Positions 26,226 through 35,400 are shown, counted from the stretch's first letter. The stretch is 38,054 nucleotides of DNA from Candidatus Omnitrophota bacterium (GCA_015234065.1 JADFWS010000003.1:1-38054); one strand, 5' to 3'. Numbers and translations: made by a program. Notes: generated by a model not told the origin, from the letters alone.

Positions 26226-27380
26226 TTACCACGGAGTGATCCATCGGCCCTGATTACGGCCAAAGCCGGTATACACATGCGCAATGAGCGCCATTCTAAG
26301 ATGCCCGTCCTGAAAAGCGGCGAACGTCTGCTCGACCGTGGCGGGACGATCAATATAGTAAACTCGAACGCCCACAGACCTGAGCGCCGCATACATCTCG
26401 GGATCCATCTGTGCCGCCAGGACTGTGCCGACATTATTCTGACGCACCAGCGCGGTCAGCATCTGGATCGTGTTCCCGTTAAAGAACTGGCTGTTATTCA
26501 TAAACACAACCGTCTTGTTCTGTGTCATATCCGCGACAAAATAATACGGGGCCCGGCCGAACATATTCTCAACCGGGCTCTGGGCGAACTGCCCCTGCGC
26601 CGGAATCAGGACGACCTTTCTCTTATTCAGCGTATCGTGGGCATCATGGGCGAACAAAAGGACGATCAACACGGTCAACACATACAAAGCCGTCGCAACC
26701 CGCCGCTTGATCGCCACTTCATTCGGGATCTGCTCCGCAAAAGCTTCCTTAAACAGTACAAACGCGCCCCGGAATTGGAAACAGGCGATCAAAACAGCAC
26801 CCAGAGGATCGCAATATACCAATCCCGCTTCGGCGAGCGTCAGCCCAACCAGCGCCACGATCGTCGAATAGAAATTCGCCTTGTTCTGCACCATGCAGAT
26901 ATAAATACTGCTGTTGTCCGGCTTTTGCTTGAGCGCACTGACAGAAACCCGATACAAATGTGTCGTGGCTAAAAAAGAAACGAGCGCAACAAAAAGCGAC
27001 AGGATCCCAGGATGCCCCGGCAAATGCACAAAAAGGATCGCCACATTATCCGAAAGGATCCAAACGCCCGACAGGAACATCACGATCCCGATCAGAATCC
27101 CCTGCCAGAACGGCGAAAGCCTGAGGCGGCGGACACCCTGATAATTGATCCCGAACGCAACACAATCCGCGAACGAATTCACAGCATCAGCAACGAGGAT
27201 CTTACTTCCGGTCAAAAGCCCGACAAAACCTTTGACGATCGTCGCGATAATATAATAAATGAGCGAGCCGAACACAACGCGCGAATGGCAATTGCGGCAC
27301 TTGGGATTGATCTTGCCCTTGAACAGAAGTTGATTACAGGTACAGGCTTTATCTTTAGGATGGTGTTCCGCGAGCGGCAT
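26226..27380 (-). CDS. MamB-like CDF membrane domain fused via an extra TM to a NifB/NifX domain
   Basis: CRNC, KGFVGLLTGSKILVADAVNSFAD, YCDPLGA; a further TM; then SPVENMFGRAPYYFVAD. Confidence 0.8.
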   Translation of the reverse strand: MPLAEHHPKDKACTCNQLLFKGKINPKCRNCHSRVVFGSLIYYIIATIVKGFVGLLTGSKILVADAVNSFADCVAFGINYQGVRRLRLSPFWQGILIGIVMFLSGVWILSDNVAILFVHLPGHPGILSLFVALVSFLATTHLYRVSVSALKQKPDNSSIYICMVQNKANFYSTIVALVGLTLAEAGLVYCDPLGAVLIACFQFRGAFVLFKEAFAEQIPNEVAIKRRVATALYVLTVLIVLLFAHDAHDTLNKRKVVLIPAQGQFAQSPVENMFGRAPYYFVADMTQNKTVVFMNNSQFFNGNTIQMLTALVRQNNVGTVLAAQMDPEMYAALRSVGVRVYYIDRPATVEQTFAAFQDGHLRMALIAHVYTGFGRNQGRWITPW

Positions 27381-27496
27381 TCAAATCTTTCTGATCAAAG
27401 AATGTTAACGAATAATGTGCGGTGAATTTTATGCGCAAGCCGCCCGAATGTCAATTATTTTAAACGGCCCATTATCCTTAACAGCCATGCTCTCCT

Positions 27497-28714
27497 TTAA
27501 CATCTCTTCGTTACACGATCCGACACTTTTTGAATATCGTCGGGCCGCATGAACTGGCTCGTTGAAAATGTCCACAGATGCGCTGCCATAAAACGGGCAT
27601 TCGGGCAGGCTCCGGGCAAGACCACGCCCTTTAAATCTTCATAATCAGGCACTGCCCTGCTAAAAGAACGCGACAGGCCGATCCCCATTTCCTCCAGGGG
27701 CTGCATGGCGACTGGATCCGCCGCATCAACAATAACCGCGACATAAGGATATGTCGCACGCGCACCCGGCGCTTCCTGGACAACGATGATCCCCGGATAC
27801 CGCTGCAATGCCTTTTTATAAACCTCGGCTTTTTGCCGCTGTGATCCGATCGCGGACTCCAGTGTATGAAAATTCCTGTGCCCGATAAATTTGCGGAACA
27901 ACGAAACTTTCTGAATAGGAAAATCACTGGCAAAATCCTCAGACAGCGCTTTCATTTTGTGCCCGGCCCATTGCCAGAATATTTCCGGCAGGCGATATAC
28001 AAACCAGAATAACGACGGCCGGTAAAACACAGCATACCCGCATAATCCCGTGATCCGCTTTGCCTCTTCCCAAGGATCTTTTCTTTCCAGCGCATCAATG
28101 TTCTGGTCAAGAAGCCGGGCATGATTCGACAATTTCGCCGTCACAACGCCGCCTTCATACATGGTCAGGCCCTTGCCTGCGGCCATACTGAAAAACGCAA
28201 AATCCCCGAACGTCCCGACCTTGCGCCCCTTATATTCCGCGCCCAAAGACTGCGCACAATCCTCGACGATCAAAATGCCGCGATTTTGAACAATGCCGGC
28301 AATGGCCTCCATGTCAGACGGCAATCCGCCCAAATGATTGACCACAACAGCCAGAATGTCATTATTCTCACGGCACAGGCGCTCCAGCTCCGTCGCATCA
28401 ATATCAAAATTATCTTTACGAATATCGCAAACCTGAACTTTGAGCCCTGCCCTTGCGATCGCAAGCGGCACCAGCGGACACGTAAACGCCGGGATGATCA
28501 CCGTTCTTTTAGGCGACAAGGCCTTCAGCGTTTCTGCGATAAAATAAAGCCCTGCGGTACCGGAACAGGTGACCCGTGTATACGCAACATCCAAAAAAGA
28601 GGTGAAATCGCGCTCCAAAGATCCACCGTCGCGCTCCTTGCTGAAGAACGCGGCAATATCCCTGATCGACACCGGCAAGCCGGCTGTAGGTGGAATTTCT
28701 CTCCAAAAACTCAT
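27497..28714 (-). CDS. DegT/DnrJ/EryC1/StrS PLP aminotransferase
   Basis: VIIPAFTCP, IVEDCAQSLGA, FFSMAAGKGLTMYEGG. Confidence 0.85.
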   Translation of the reverse strand: MSFWREIPPTAGLPVSIRDIAAFFSKERDGGSLERDFTSFLDVAYTRVTCSGTAGLYFIAETLKALSPKRTVIIPAFTCPLVPLAIARAGLKVQVCDIRKDNFDIDATELERLCRENNDILAVVVNHLGGLPSDMEAIAGIVQNRGILIVEDCAQSLGAEYKGRKVGTFGDFAFFSMAAGKGLTMYEGGVVTAKLSNHARLLDQNIDALERKDPWEEAKRITGLCGYAVFYRPSLFWFVYRLPEIFWQWAGHKMKALSEDFASDFPIQKVSLFRKFIGHRNFHTLESAIGSQRQKAEVYKKALQRYPGIIVVQEAPGARATYPYVAVIVDAADPVAMQPLEEMGIGLSRSFSRAVPDYEDLKGVVLPGACPNARFMAAHLWTFSTSQFMRPDDIQKVSDRVTKRC

Positions 28715-28720
28715 GGGGTG

Positions 28721-28756
28721 ATTATAACATTATATCCAAAAAAGTTATGTTATAAT
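28721..28756. promoter_or_regulatory. Symmetric divergent extended -10 promoters
   Basis: ATTATAACAT-N16-ATGTTATAAT; each arm reads TGtTATAAT toward a divergent gene. Confidence 0.55.
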
Positions 28757-28766
28757 GCCATCCCTT

Positions 28767-30323
28767 ATGGCCGAAACGCATCATTTTTCAAGCATCGTAA
28801 CCCCTGATATCACCGCGATCCCCGAGCAGGATTGGCATGCTGTTTTTCCTTCTATCGCGGAAAGTTACGGATTCTTTAAAACACTCGACGAGACTCTAAC
28901 CGGACAATTCAAGCCATGGTATATCATGCTGTACGAAAACAGCATTCCTGTGTGCCTGGCCCCCTGCTTTATCATGGAATACCCGCTCGACACCACACTC
29001 GAAGGAAAGCCCAAAGAGCTCCTTTGCTGGATCCAGAAGAAACTGAACAAAAATTTTACACTAAAAATGCTTCTCTGCGGCTGTCAGGCGGCCGAAGGGC
29101 GGCTCGGGCTTTCTGATATGCGCCGGGCCGATATTGCCAGCGCCCTTCTTCATGAAATGGAAGCCCTCGCAAGAAAAGAAAAAGCCTCTCTTGTCGCGTT
29201 TAAAGACTTTCCTGATGACTATGGCCCGTTCTTTCAGACACTTTCCAAACGCGGCCTGCACAAGATGGAAAGCTACCCGTCGGTCGAACTGCACCTGCCG
29301 TTCACGTCGTTTGAAGAATACTTTGCTACTTTAAGCAAGGCCACGCGCAAGGACTTGCGCCGGAAATTTCAAAAAGTAGACGCATTGCCCAAGGTCAGCT
29401 TTGACGTCGCCCATTCTCTTAAAGGTGCGCTTCTCGATGAAGCATATCCTCTTTACCTGAACACCCTCGATAAAAGCGATGTTCAGTTCGAGCGCCTGAG
29501 CAAAGAATTCTTTCAATGCATCAGCGATAATCTACCGAAAGAAACTGTCTATTTCCTCTGGAAACTCGACGGGAAACTTGTCGCCTTTGATTTGTGCCTG
29601 ATACATAACGGCATTCTCGTCGATGAATATATCGGCATGGATTATTCCGTGGCTCTGCAATATCACCTGTACTATGTGACGTTCCGCGATATGGTGCGCT
29701 GGTGCATCGCGAACAATGTCCGCGTTTATGAGAGCGGCGCTTTAAACTATGACCCAAAAAGACGCCTGGACTTTCAATTCGTGCCGGAGAATATTTATCT
29801 CAAGCACTTAAACCCGTTCATTAATCCTTTATTCGCACCAGTGTGCCTTCTTCTCAAACCCGACAACTTTGACCCGATCCTCAAAGAGATCAAGCACGGG
29901 AAACCCGCGAAGAAATCCTCGAGCGGCCTTACCTTGAAGCTCCTGTTCCTTATTCTCATGACCGACATCCTTGAATCTGTAGGCGAAATATTTTTCAAGC
30001 AGGGCGTTACTGCGACGGGATTCAGCAATGTCACACTGCACAACGCGCTGGCTTTTCTTGTCAAATTAAGCGCGACCCCGGCGTTATGGTTCGGCGTCCT
30101 TACCTACATCCTCAATTTTGTCCTGTGGATGGCGGTTCTGTCGCGTGTCGATCTAAGCATCGCGTTTCCCATTGGAAACGCGACCTATATCATTATCCCG
30201 TTCTTATCCATGCTCATCCTGCATGAAAAAGTCTCTCTCCTGCGCTGGGCCGGCATCGCCTGCATTATTATCGGCGCGGCTTTGATCACCCGCTCTGCGC
30301 ATAGCAAGGATGTGGCCTCATGA
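28767..30323 (+). CDS. GNAT/FemAB-like acyltransferase fused to an ArnE/SMR-like transporter domain
   Basis: SFEEYFATLSKATRKDLRRK, YIGMDY, YESGALNYDPKRRL; C-terminal 4-TM (VLSRVDLSIAFP, LHEKVS..RWAG). Start set at MAETH because 28755 overlaps the -10 box. Confidence 0.75.
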   Translation: MAETHHFSSIVTPDITAIPEQDWHAVFPSIAESYGFFKTLDETLTGQFKPWYIMLYENSIPVCLAPCFIMEYPLDTTLEGKPKELLCWIQKKLNKNFTLKMLLCGCQAAEGRLGLSDMRRADIASALLHEMEALARKEKASLVAFKDFPDDYGPFFQTLSKRGLHKMESYPSVELHLPFTSFEEYFATLSKATRKDLRRKFQKVDALPKVSFDVAHSLKGALLDEAYPLYLNTLDKSDVQFERLSKEFFQCISDNLPKETVYFLWKLDGKLVAFDLCLIHNGILVDEYIGMDYSVALQYHLYYVTFRDMVRWCIANNVRVYESGALNYDPKRRLDFQFVPENIYLKHLNPFINPLFAPVCLLLKPDNFDPILKEIKHGKPAKKSSSGLTLKLLFLILMTDILESVGEIFFKQGVTATGFSNVTLHNALAFLVKLSATPALWFGVLTYILNFVLWMAVLSRVDLSIAFPIGNATYIIIPFLSMLILHEKVSLLRWAGIACIIIGAALITRSAHSKDVAS

Positions 30324-30694
30324 ATCCTGTGAGCCTTATTCTCCTTCTCATCCACCAGGTTTGTGCGACTGTCGAACAGATCGTATTTAAGAAAGCCGCA
30401 GACCGCCTGGGCGGGCATGCGCTTAAAAACCCGCGCGACCTTTTTCTGTTTATTCTCAAAGCTGTTCAAATGCCGCTGATCTGGGCAGGGTTCCTCCTTG
30501 TGGTCGGAGCCTGGGTCTTCTGGTTCGCGGTGCTATCCTACCTGGACCTGAATGTCGCGGTCCTGGTCGACAGCATGCAATACATCATGATCCTGCTGGC
30601 GTCTTATTTCTTGCTAAAAGAAAAGATCGGGTGGCTGCGCATTCTGGGGACCGCTTTCATTCTCGGCGGTGTCTTACTCGTTGTGAAGGGCTAA
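30320..30694 (+). CDS. ArnE/ArnF (SMR/EamA-like) small transporter subunit
   Basis: Four TM, VLSYLDLNVA, LLKEKIGWLRILG; overlaps the upstream stop. Confidence 0.8.
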   Translation: MNPVSLILLLIHQVCATVEQIVFKKAADRLGGHALKNPRDLFLFILKAVQMPLIWAGFLLVVGAWVFWFAVLSYLDLNVAVLVDSMQYIMILLASYFLLKEKIGWLRILGTAFILGGVLLVVKG

Positions 30695-31615
30695 AACTTC
30701 AAGGATCTTCAGGTTCTGGGCCTGGTTCAAGGCCTGGATCGCGGCCGCATCATGGCCCTTCGCGCTAAACGCCCTCGGATGATCCATTTCCGCAAGGATC
30801 GTTTTAATCTTGCCGTTCATGATCGGAACAGAATAATCCCCGGTCACGTCACAACCCGCAATATCCAGATGCTCTCGAATAAGTTTCAATAACAGCTCAA
30901 AGCCTTCCCATGGAAAAAGCCCTTCTTCCCAATTGGTCAAGGCATACCCGGATTGAAGGCAATCTTTATCCAAGCTGAGATACACCTGTTGTGTTTCAAT
31001 GCGGCCAAGAAGTCCCATGAAAAATGCGGTGAGGTCTTTTCCTTTCAGCTCTGTCCATGAAATCTTACTTCGAAAAATACCGTTCTCGACGCGCACCGAC
31101 ACATTATCCGCCGGAACTTTCTGAAAAAGCGTAAAAGTGGGCTCATGCGCATATGGATAGATCTCAACCCGGCTCTGGTGCAACGCCTTCAGGTTCCCGG
31201 TCTGGATGGAATAACTGGAAATATCATCCGAACTGATGCCTAACAGAATAACTTTCTTAACGTTGGGCCGGCGCAGGATCCTGGAAACCCATGATCCACA
31301 CCCCAGTTTCGGCGGAAGGATGTCCCAATCAGGATGATGATCAAACACAATGACCGTGATCGGCGCATCGAATTGCTCGACGAGAAGGCTTGAAATATGA
31401 TGAAAATCGCCGGAACCAAGGAACGTCACCGCGTTCTTCAATTCCGGCGATAAAATATTCTTAACCTTATTGGCATTCTGCCGATTGCTCCACAACCGGA
31501 CCGCTGGCCCCAGCGCCTTAAGATCCGAGATTACGGGCTGATACCGGCGAACCAGGCCCTCCTGCCCGGCGACTGTCCCATCAAAATCCAGGATGCGCAC
31601 TTGGCCTGAAAGCAT
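30674..31615 (-). CDS. Arginase/ureohydrolase-fold protein
   Basis: GSGDFHH, VFDHHPDW, VYLSLDKD metal-binding motifs. Confidence 0.75.
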   Translation of the reverse strand: MLSGQVRILDFDGTVAGQEGLVRRYQPVISDLKALGPAVRLWSNRQNANKVKNILSPELKNAVTFLGSGDFHHISSLLVEQFDAPITVIVFDHHPDWDILPPKLGCGSWVSRILRRPNVKKVILLGISSDDISSYSIQTGNLKALHQSRVEIYPYAHEPTFTLFQKVPADNVSVRVENGIFRSKISWTELKGKDLTAFFMGLLGRIETQQVYLSLDKDCLQSGYALTNWEEGLFPWEGFELLLKLIREHLDIAGCDVTGDYSVPIMNGKIKTILAEMDHPRAFSAKGHDAAAIQALNQAQNLKILEVLALHNE

Positions 31616-31623
31616 TTTTTCCT

Positions 31624-33027
31624 TTATTGCGTCATCGCAATGCCCTTTTTGAGCGCTTCCTCAAAAAGGTCGATCGACAGGTCGATCTCTTTTTCCGTAA
31701 TATATAACGACGGCGCCAATGTGAACACGTTCTTATAATAACCGCCAACGTCAAGGATCAGGCCGCGGGTTTTCCCTCCGGCAGTCAACGTCCCGCTTAG
31801 TCCGATATTCATGATCGCATCCGTCAGCTCACGATTAGGCGTAAAACCATCTTTCTGGCATATTTCCACACGAAGAGCCAAGCCCAGGCCTTCGGCCTCG
31901 CCGACCTGAGGATACTTCTTCTGCAACGCTTTTAAGCGTGCCACAAAATAAGCACCCTTTTCCGGGACCGTCCGCTCAAAGTCTTCTTCTTCGATCATCT
32001 TCATGACCTCAAGTCCTGCCGCCGTACCCAGAGGATTGGACGAGAATGTCGCGTGTGTTGAACCCGGCGGAAATACTTCCGGAGATATCAATTCTTCTTT
32101 AGCCCAGATCGCAGAAATAGGATTCAGCCCATTCGTTAAAGCTTTTCCAAGAACCATCACATCCGGCGTAATGCCAAAATGCTCAATAGCCCAAAGTTTC
32201 CCTGTCCTAAAGAAGCCCATCTGGATCTCATCGTCCACAAAAAGAACCTTATAACGGTCGAGGATCTTTTTCAGCTCCTTAAAATAGTTCATCGGCGGAA
32301 TAATATACCCGCCTGTGGCCTGAACAGGCTCAACATAAAAAGCGCCGAACTCACAATTCCCTGTTTTCGTATTCACCAGAGAATAATATTCGGATTCAAA
32401 AAGCTTCTCAAATTGCCGCAAGCAGGCAAGGTTACAGCTCTCCTTCTTTTTCCCGAGCGGGCAACGGAAACAATACGGATACGGAATAAAGTTTGCCCGA
32501 TCTGCAAAATGCCCGAACTTTTCACGGTAACGGAAGCTCGACGTGATCGCAGTTGCGCCCAGCGTCCGGCCGTGATAGCTGCCGGTAAATGCGAACGCCA
32601 GATTCTTTTTCGTCTTATTTCGAACAAGCTTCATGGCATCTTCGATCGCGGACGCCCCGCCCACGTTAAAATGCACCCGGCCTTTTTCCTTGAATTTCTT
32701 TTCAACATCCTGCGCAATCTTCATCGAAAGCAGGACTTTTTCCTCATGGAGATATTGGCATGCCAGCTGAGGCAGGGTATCGATCTGCTTCTTAAGTGCC
32801 TCATTCAACCTTTTATTCTTATACCCGAACGTGGCGGCAGAATACCACATCTGAAGATCCATATATTCAACATCATTACGGTCATACAAAAATGACCCCT
32901 CTGCCTGCTGGAAAAACCTGAGTTCCTTCGCGTAATGGACCGTGTCCCCCCAAGAACAATATTTTGCTTCAAGAGCCAGAAGCTCTTTTTCTGTCATTCT
33001 TACCGGATCAATTTTCTTGACTACCAT
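31624..33027 (-). CDS. Class III PLP aminotransferase
   Basis: GSYHGRT, EPVQATGG, DDEIQMGFFRTG, PDVMVLGKAL. Confidence 0.9.
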   Translation of the reverse strand: MVVKKIDPVRMTEKELLALEAKYCSWGDTVHYAKELRFFQQAEGSFLYDRNDVEYMDLQMWYSAATFGYKNKRLNEALKKQIDTLPQLACQYLHEEKVLLSMKIAQDVEKKFKEKGRVHFNVGGASAIEDAMKLVRNKTKKNLAFAFTGSYHGRTLGATAITSSFRYREKFGHFADRANFIPYPYCFRCPLGKKKESCNLACLRQFEKLFESEYYSLVNTKTGNCEFGAFYVEPVQATGGYIIPPMNYFKELKKILDRYKVLFVDDEIQMGFFRTGKLWAIEHFGITPDVMVLGKALTNGLNPISAIWAKEELISPEVFPPGSTHATFSSNPLGTAAGLEVMKMIEEEDFERTVPEKGAYFVARLKALQKKYPQVGEAEGLGLALRVEICQKDGFTPNRELTDAIMNIGLSGTLTAGGKTRGLILDVGGYYKNVFTLAPSLYITEKEIDLSIDLFEEALKKGIAMTQ

Positions 33028-33042
33028 GACCTCTTCCCCTTT

Positions 33043-33690
33043 TTACTTGAAATATTGCGCAATACTCCCGAGATCTTCAAAAGGAATACATTCTTTTTTA
33101 ATACTATTCAAATGCTTGAGCAACGTGGCTTTAGCAAACACAATATCACTGTATTCCGCCGGACAAATATCCGAACGGCCATCGCCCACATAAACCGTTA
33201 AACCTTTTCGAACCCCGCTTGCCGGCAAATGGGACTTTTTGCAGTTTCCACACTTGGGGCAATCAGCCTTGAAATACGGAAAAGAAAGCGCCCAGCGATC
33301 CCCATGAACAAGCAATTCATTACTGAAGATCGGAATATCTGAAATGCCCTGATGGCCCAGGATCTCCCGAATAATAAAAGATACATTATCACTCGTAATG
33401 ACCGGCTGAAGCCCACCATTGCGAAGCCTCTTTAAAAGAGGCTTGAATTGCGGATCGATCTCAACAGTCTTTAAATATTCAACAAGCTTTTCCTGTGTGA
33501 TCCTGACACCCGAAAGCTGTTGTTCCAAACAGAGCCTGGAACCTATTTCTCCTCGAGCCCACGCTTCTTCCAGCTTTTGCCAGTCATCATTAATAGAAAA
33601 ACGTTGAATGATCTCATCCAGGACATCTACCCGGGCGATCGTATTATCAAAATCAAAGAACACGGCTTCTATCTCGGAAAACTTAAACAT
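33043..33690 (-). CDS. MtnX-like HAD-IB phosphatase
   Basis: FFDFDNTI, CPKCGNCK, YVGDGRSDICPA, VFAK. Confidence 0.85.
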   Translation of the reverse strand: MFKFSEIEAVFFDFDNTIARVDVLDEIIQRFSINDDWQKLEEAWARGEIGSRLCLEQQLSGVRITQEKLVEYLKTVEIDPQFKPLLKRLRNGGLQPVITSDNVSFIIREILGHQGISDIPIFSNELLVHGDRWALSFPYFKADCPKCGNCKKSHLPASGVRKGLTVYVGDGRSDICPAEYSDIVFAKATLLKHLNSIKKECIPFEDLGSIAQYFK

Positions 33691-34555
33691 GGATCTTCTC
33701 AAAAAAACTTTCCATTTTATGCGCTACCTTGTCCCGCTCCTGGTCAGCCGTTATGACATGATAAGAATTCTTGAGAATAACCATCTCTTTTATCTTCGAG
33801 CCGATCCGGTCAAAAATAAACCTGGAATTCTCAAGGCTTGCCGTATCATCCTCTTTGGAATGGATCAATTGAACGGGGACCTCGATATCTTTTAGTTTCG
33901 AGGTTAAATGCTTTACCAGAAGTTCCAACTGATATAAAAGCGTAACCGGAAAGAATGCATAACCGAACTTATCGATCTCATCAATGTTCTTGAGCTTGGC
34001 CTTGGTGAAATATTTATGGACCAAATCACGAATGCGCTCATTCTTGATCCCGTATGGCGCGTCTTCTTTAAAATAAACAAAATTCTTCAATCCTGTGTGG
34101 CAAATGACCGGTAAGAAACAACGATACCAGGGGATCGCCCAACCATCAAAAAAGAGTGTCGGCGCCAGGCAGGCGACTCCACCCACCTCATCGCCAAATT
34201 CATTCGCGAGAAGCAATACTAGGAGTGCGCTCATAGAAAGGCCGGCAACAAAGACCTTATCCCCTCTTTTGCGCGCTTCCAGAAAAGCTTCCCGCACAGA
34301 CTGATAAAATTCTTCCCACGACGTGTATTTAAGTTTTTGCAATGGTTCGCCGTGATTGGCAAGGCGCGGGCAATGGACCGAATAGCCGAGTTTATTAAAA
34401 TAATACGCCAAGAACTTCATTTCGTTCGGGGTCCCGGTCAACCCATGAACTAAAATAAGCGTACGGGGAAGATCCCCTTTCAGGGATATTTCCTCCATCG
34501 GAAAGCTGGCAGGGCGGGTTAACCGCTTGCGTCTAAAAGAGAATACGACAGACAT
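33683..34555 (-). CDS. Alpha/beta hydrolase (carboxylesterase-like)
   Basis: LVHGLTGTP, AGLSMS nucleophile, HSKEDD, SYHVIT. Confidence 0.85.
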   Translation of the reverse strand: MSVVFSFRRKRLTRPASFPMEEISLKGDLPRTLILVHGLTGTPNEMKFLAYYFNKLGYSVHCPRLANHGEPLQKLKYTSWEEFYQSVREAFLEARKRGDKVFVAGLSMSALLVLLLANEFGDEVGGVACLAPTLFFDGWAIPWYRCFLPVICHTGLKNFVYFKEDAPYGIKNERIRDLVHKYFTKAKLKNIDEIDKFGYAFFPVTLLYQLELLVKHLTSKLKDIEVPVQLIHSKEDDTASLENSRFIFDRIGSKIKEMVILKNSYHVITADQERDKVAHKMESFFEKIHV

Positions 34556-34660
34556 GAAAAGTTATTATACGCCAATAATAAATAAAAGAAAGTAAAAGGA
34601 CAGGACTATTTTATTCCAATTGCCTGCCTTGTCCGCATAAAACAACATATCCCTATTGTA

Positions 34661-35152
34661 TTAATTCTGATGCCTGTGCCCGATTGAACGATGACATTGC
34701 GTACAACGGGCCTGGTCTTTCCCGGCATCCTTGTGCGCCGCGATATCCTCCGGCATCGACGAATGGCACGCCGCACAATTGTACTGCAACGCGTCTAAAT
34801 TTAACGGAGCGATCCTAACCGGCTCCACAAAATTCTGCAGCGTGAACGACCTGGAATAATTAAACCCGTTAGAAATTTTTGCATAACACCGTTCAATGAA
34901 GCCGCGCGGCAAATGACAGTCATTACAAGCCGCGGCCTGATGATGCGATGACTTGGCCCACGAATCATAATCCTCCTGCATCACATGGCAATTCGTGCAG
35001 GCCTTTGGATCATTGCTGATATAGGAATACCCCTTAGCATAAATAAAGAAAAAGATACTCACGCCGGCCGCGATACCGAGAGCCGCGCAAATAAACACCA
35101 CAAATGGCTTATTGAATATCCCAGAATTAAAGAAATTCTTTACAGGCGCCAT
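34661..35152 (-). CDS. nrfH: Cytochrome c nitrite reductase small subunit NrfH (tetraheme NapC/NirT family)
   Basis: TM, SYISNDPKACTNCHVM, CNDCHLP, CAACH, CTQCHRSIGH. Start set at MAPVK and uncertain. Confidence 0.85.
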   Translation of the reverse strand: MAPVKNFFNSGIFNKPFVVFICAALGIAAGVSIFFFIYAKGYSYISNDPKACTNCHVMQEDYDSWAKSSHHQAAACNDCHLPRGFIERCYAKISNGFNYSRSFTLQNFVEPVRIAPLNLDALQYNCAACHSSMPEDIAAHKDAGKDQARCTQCHRSIGHRHQN

Positions 35153-35265
35153 AGATGTTATTTTAACATCAGAAAGTAAAAATAAAGAATAATAGCAAAA
35201 AAATGAAGACACTCGGCATTTCAACGGCTAACCATACAAGCATTGCCAACGACCATATCCCGCCG

Positions 35266-35308
35266 TTTAATAAAAAAGCCCGCTATAAAAGCAGGCTTTT
35301 TTATTAAA
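35266..35308. terminator. Bidirectional intrinsic terminator after the tRNA
   Basis: TTTAATAAAAAAGCC...GGCTTTTTTATTAAA, a 15-bp inverted repeat. Confidence 0.75.
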
Positions 35309-35400
35309 TGGCGGAGAGACAGGGATTCGAACCCTGGGATACCATTTCTGACATCACACACTTTCCAGGCGTGCGCCTTCAACCACTCGGCCATCTCTCC
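35309..35400 (-). tRNA. tRNA-Ser(GGA)
   Basis: GGAGAGATGGCCGAGTGG...CT-GGA-AA...long variable arm...GGTTCGAATCC...TCTCTCCGCCA with encoded CCA. Confidence 0.95.

Noticed and set aside
27285-27305. CRNCH in the CDF-NifX protein as a c-type heme site
   Set aside because: It corresponds to the cytosolic N-terminal CxxC of MamB/M-type CDFs and has no magnetochrome context.
33043-33690. Methionine salvage gene mtnX
   Set aside because: No other mtn genes nearby; the context points to a different pathway.
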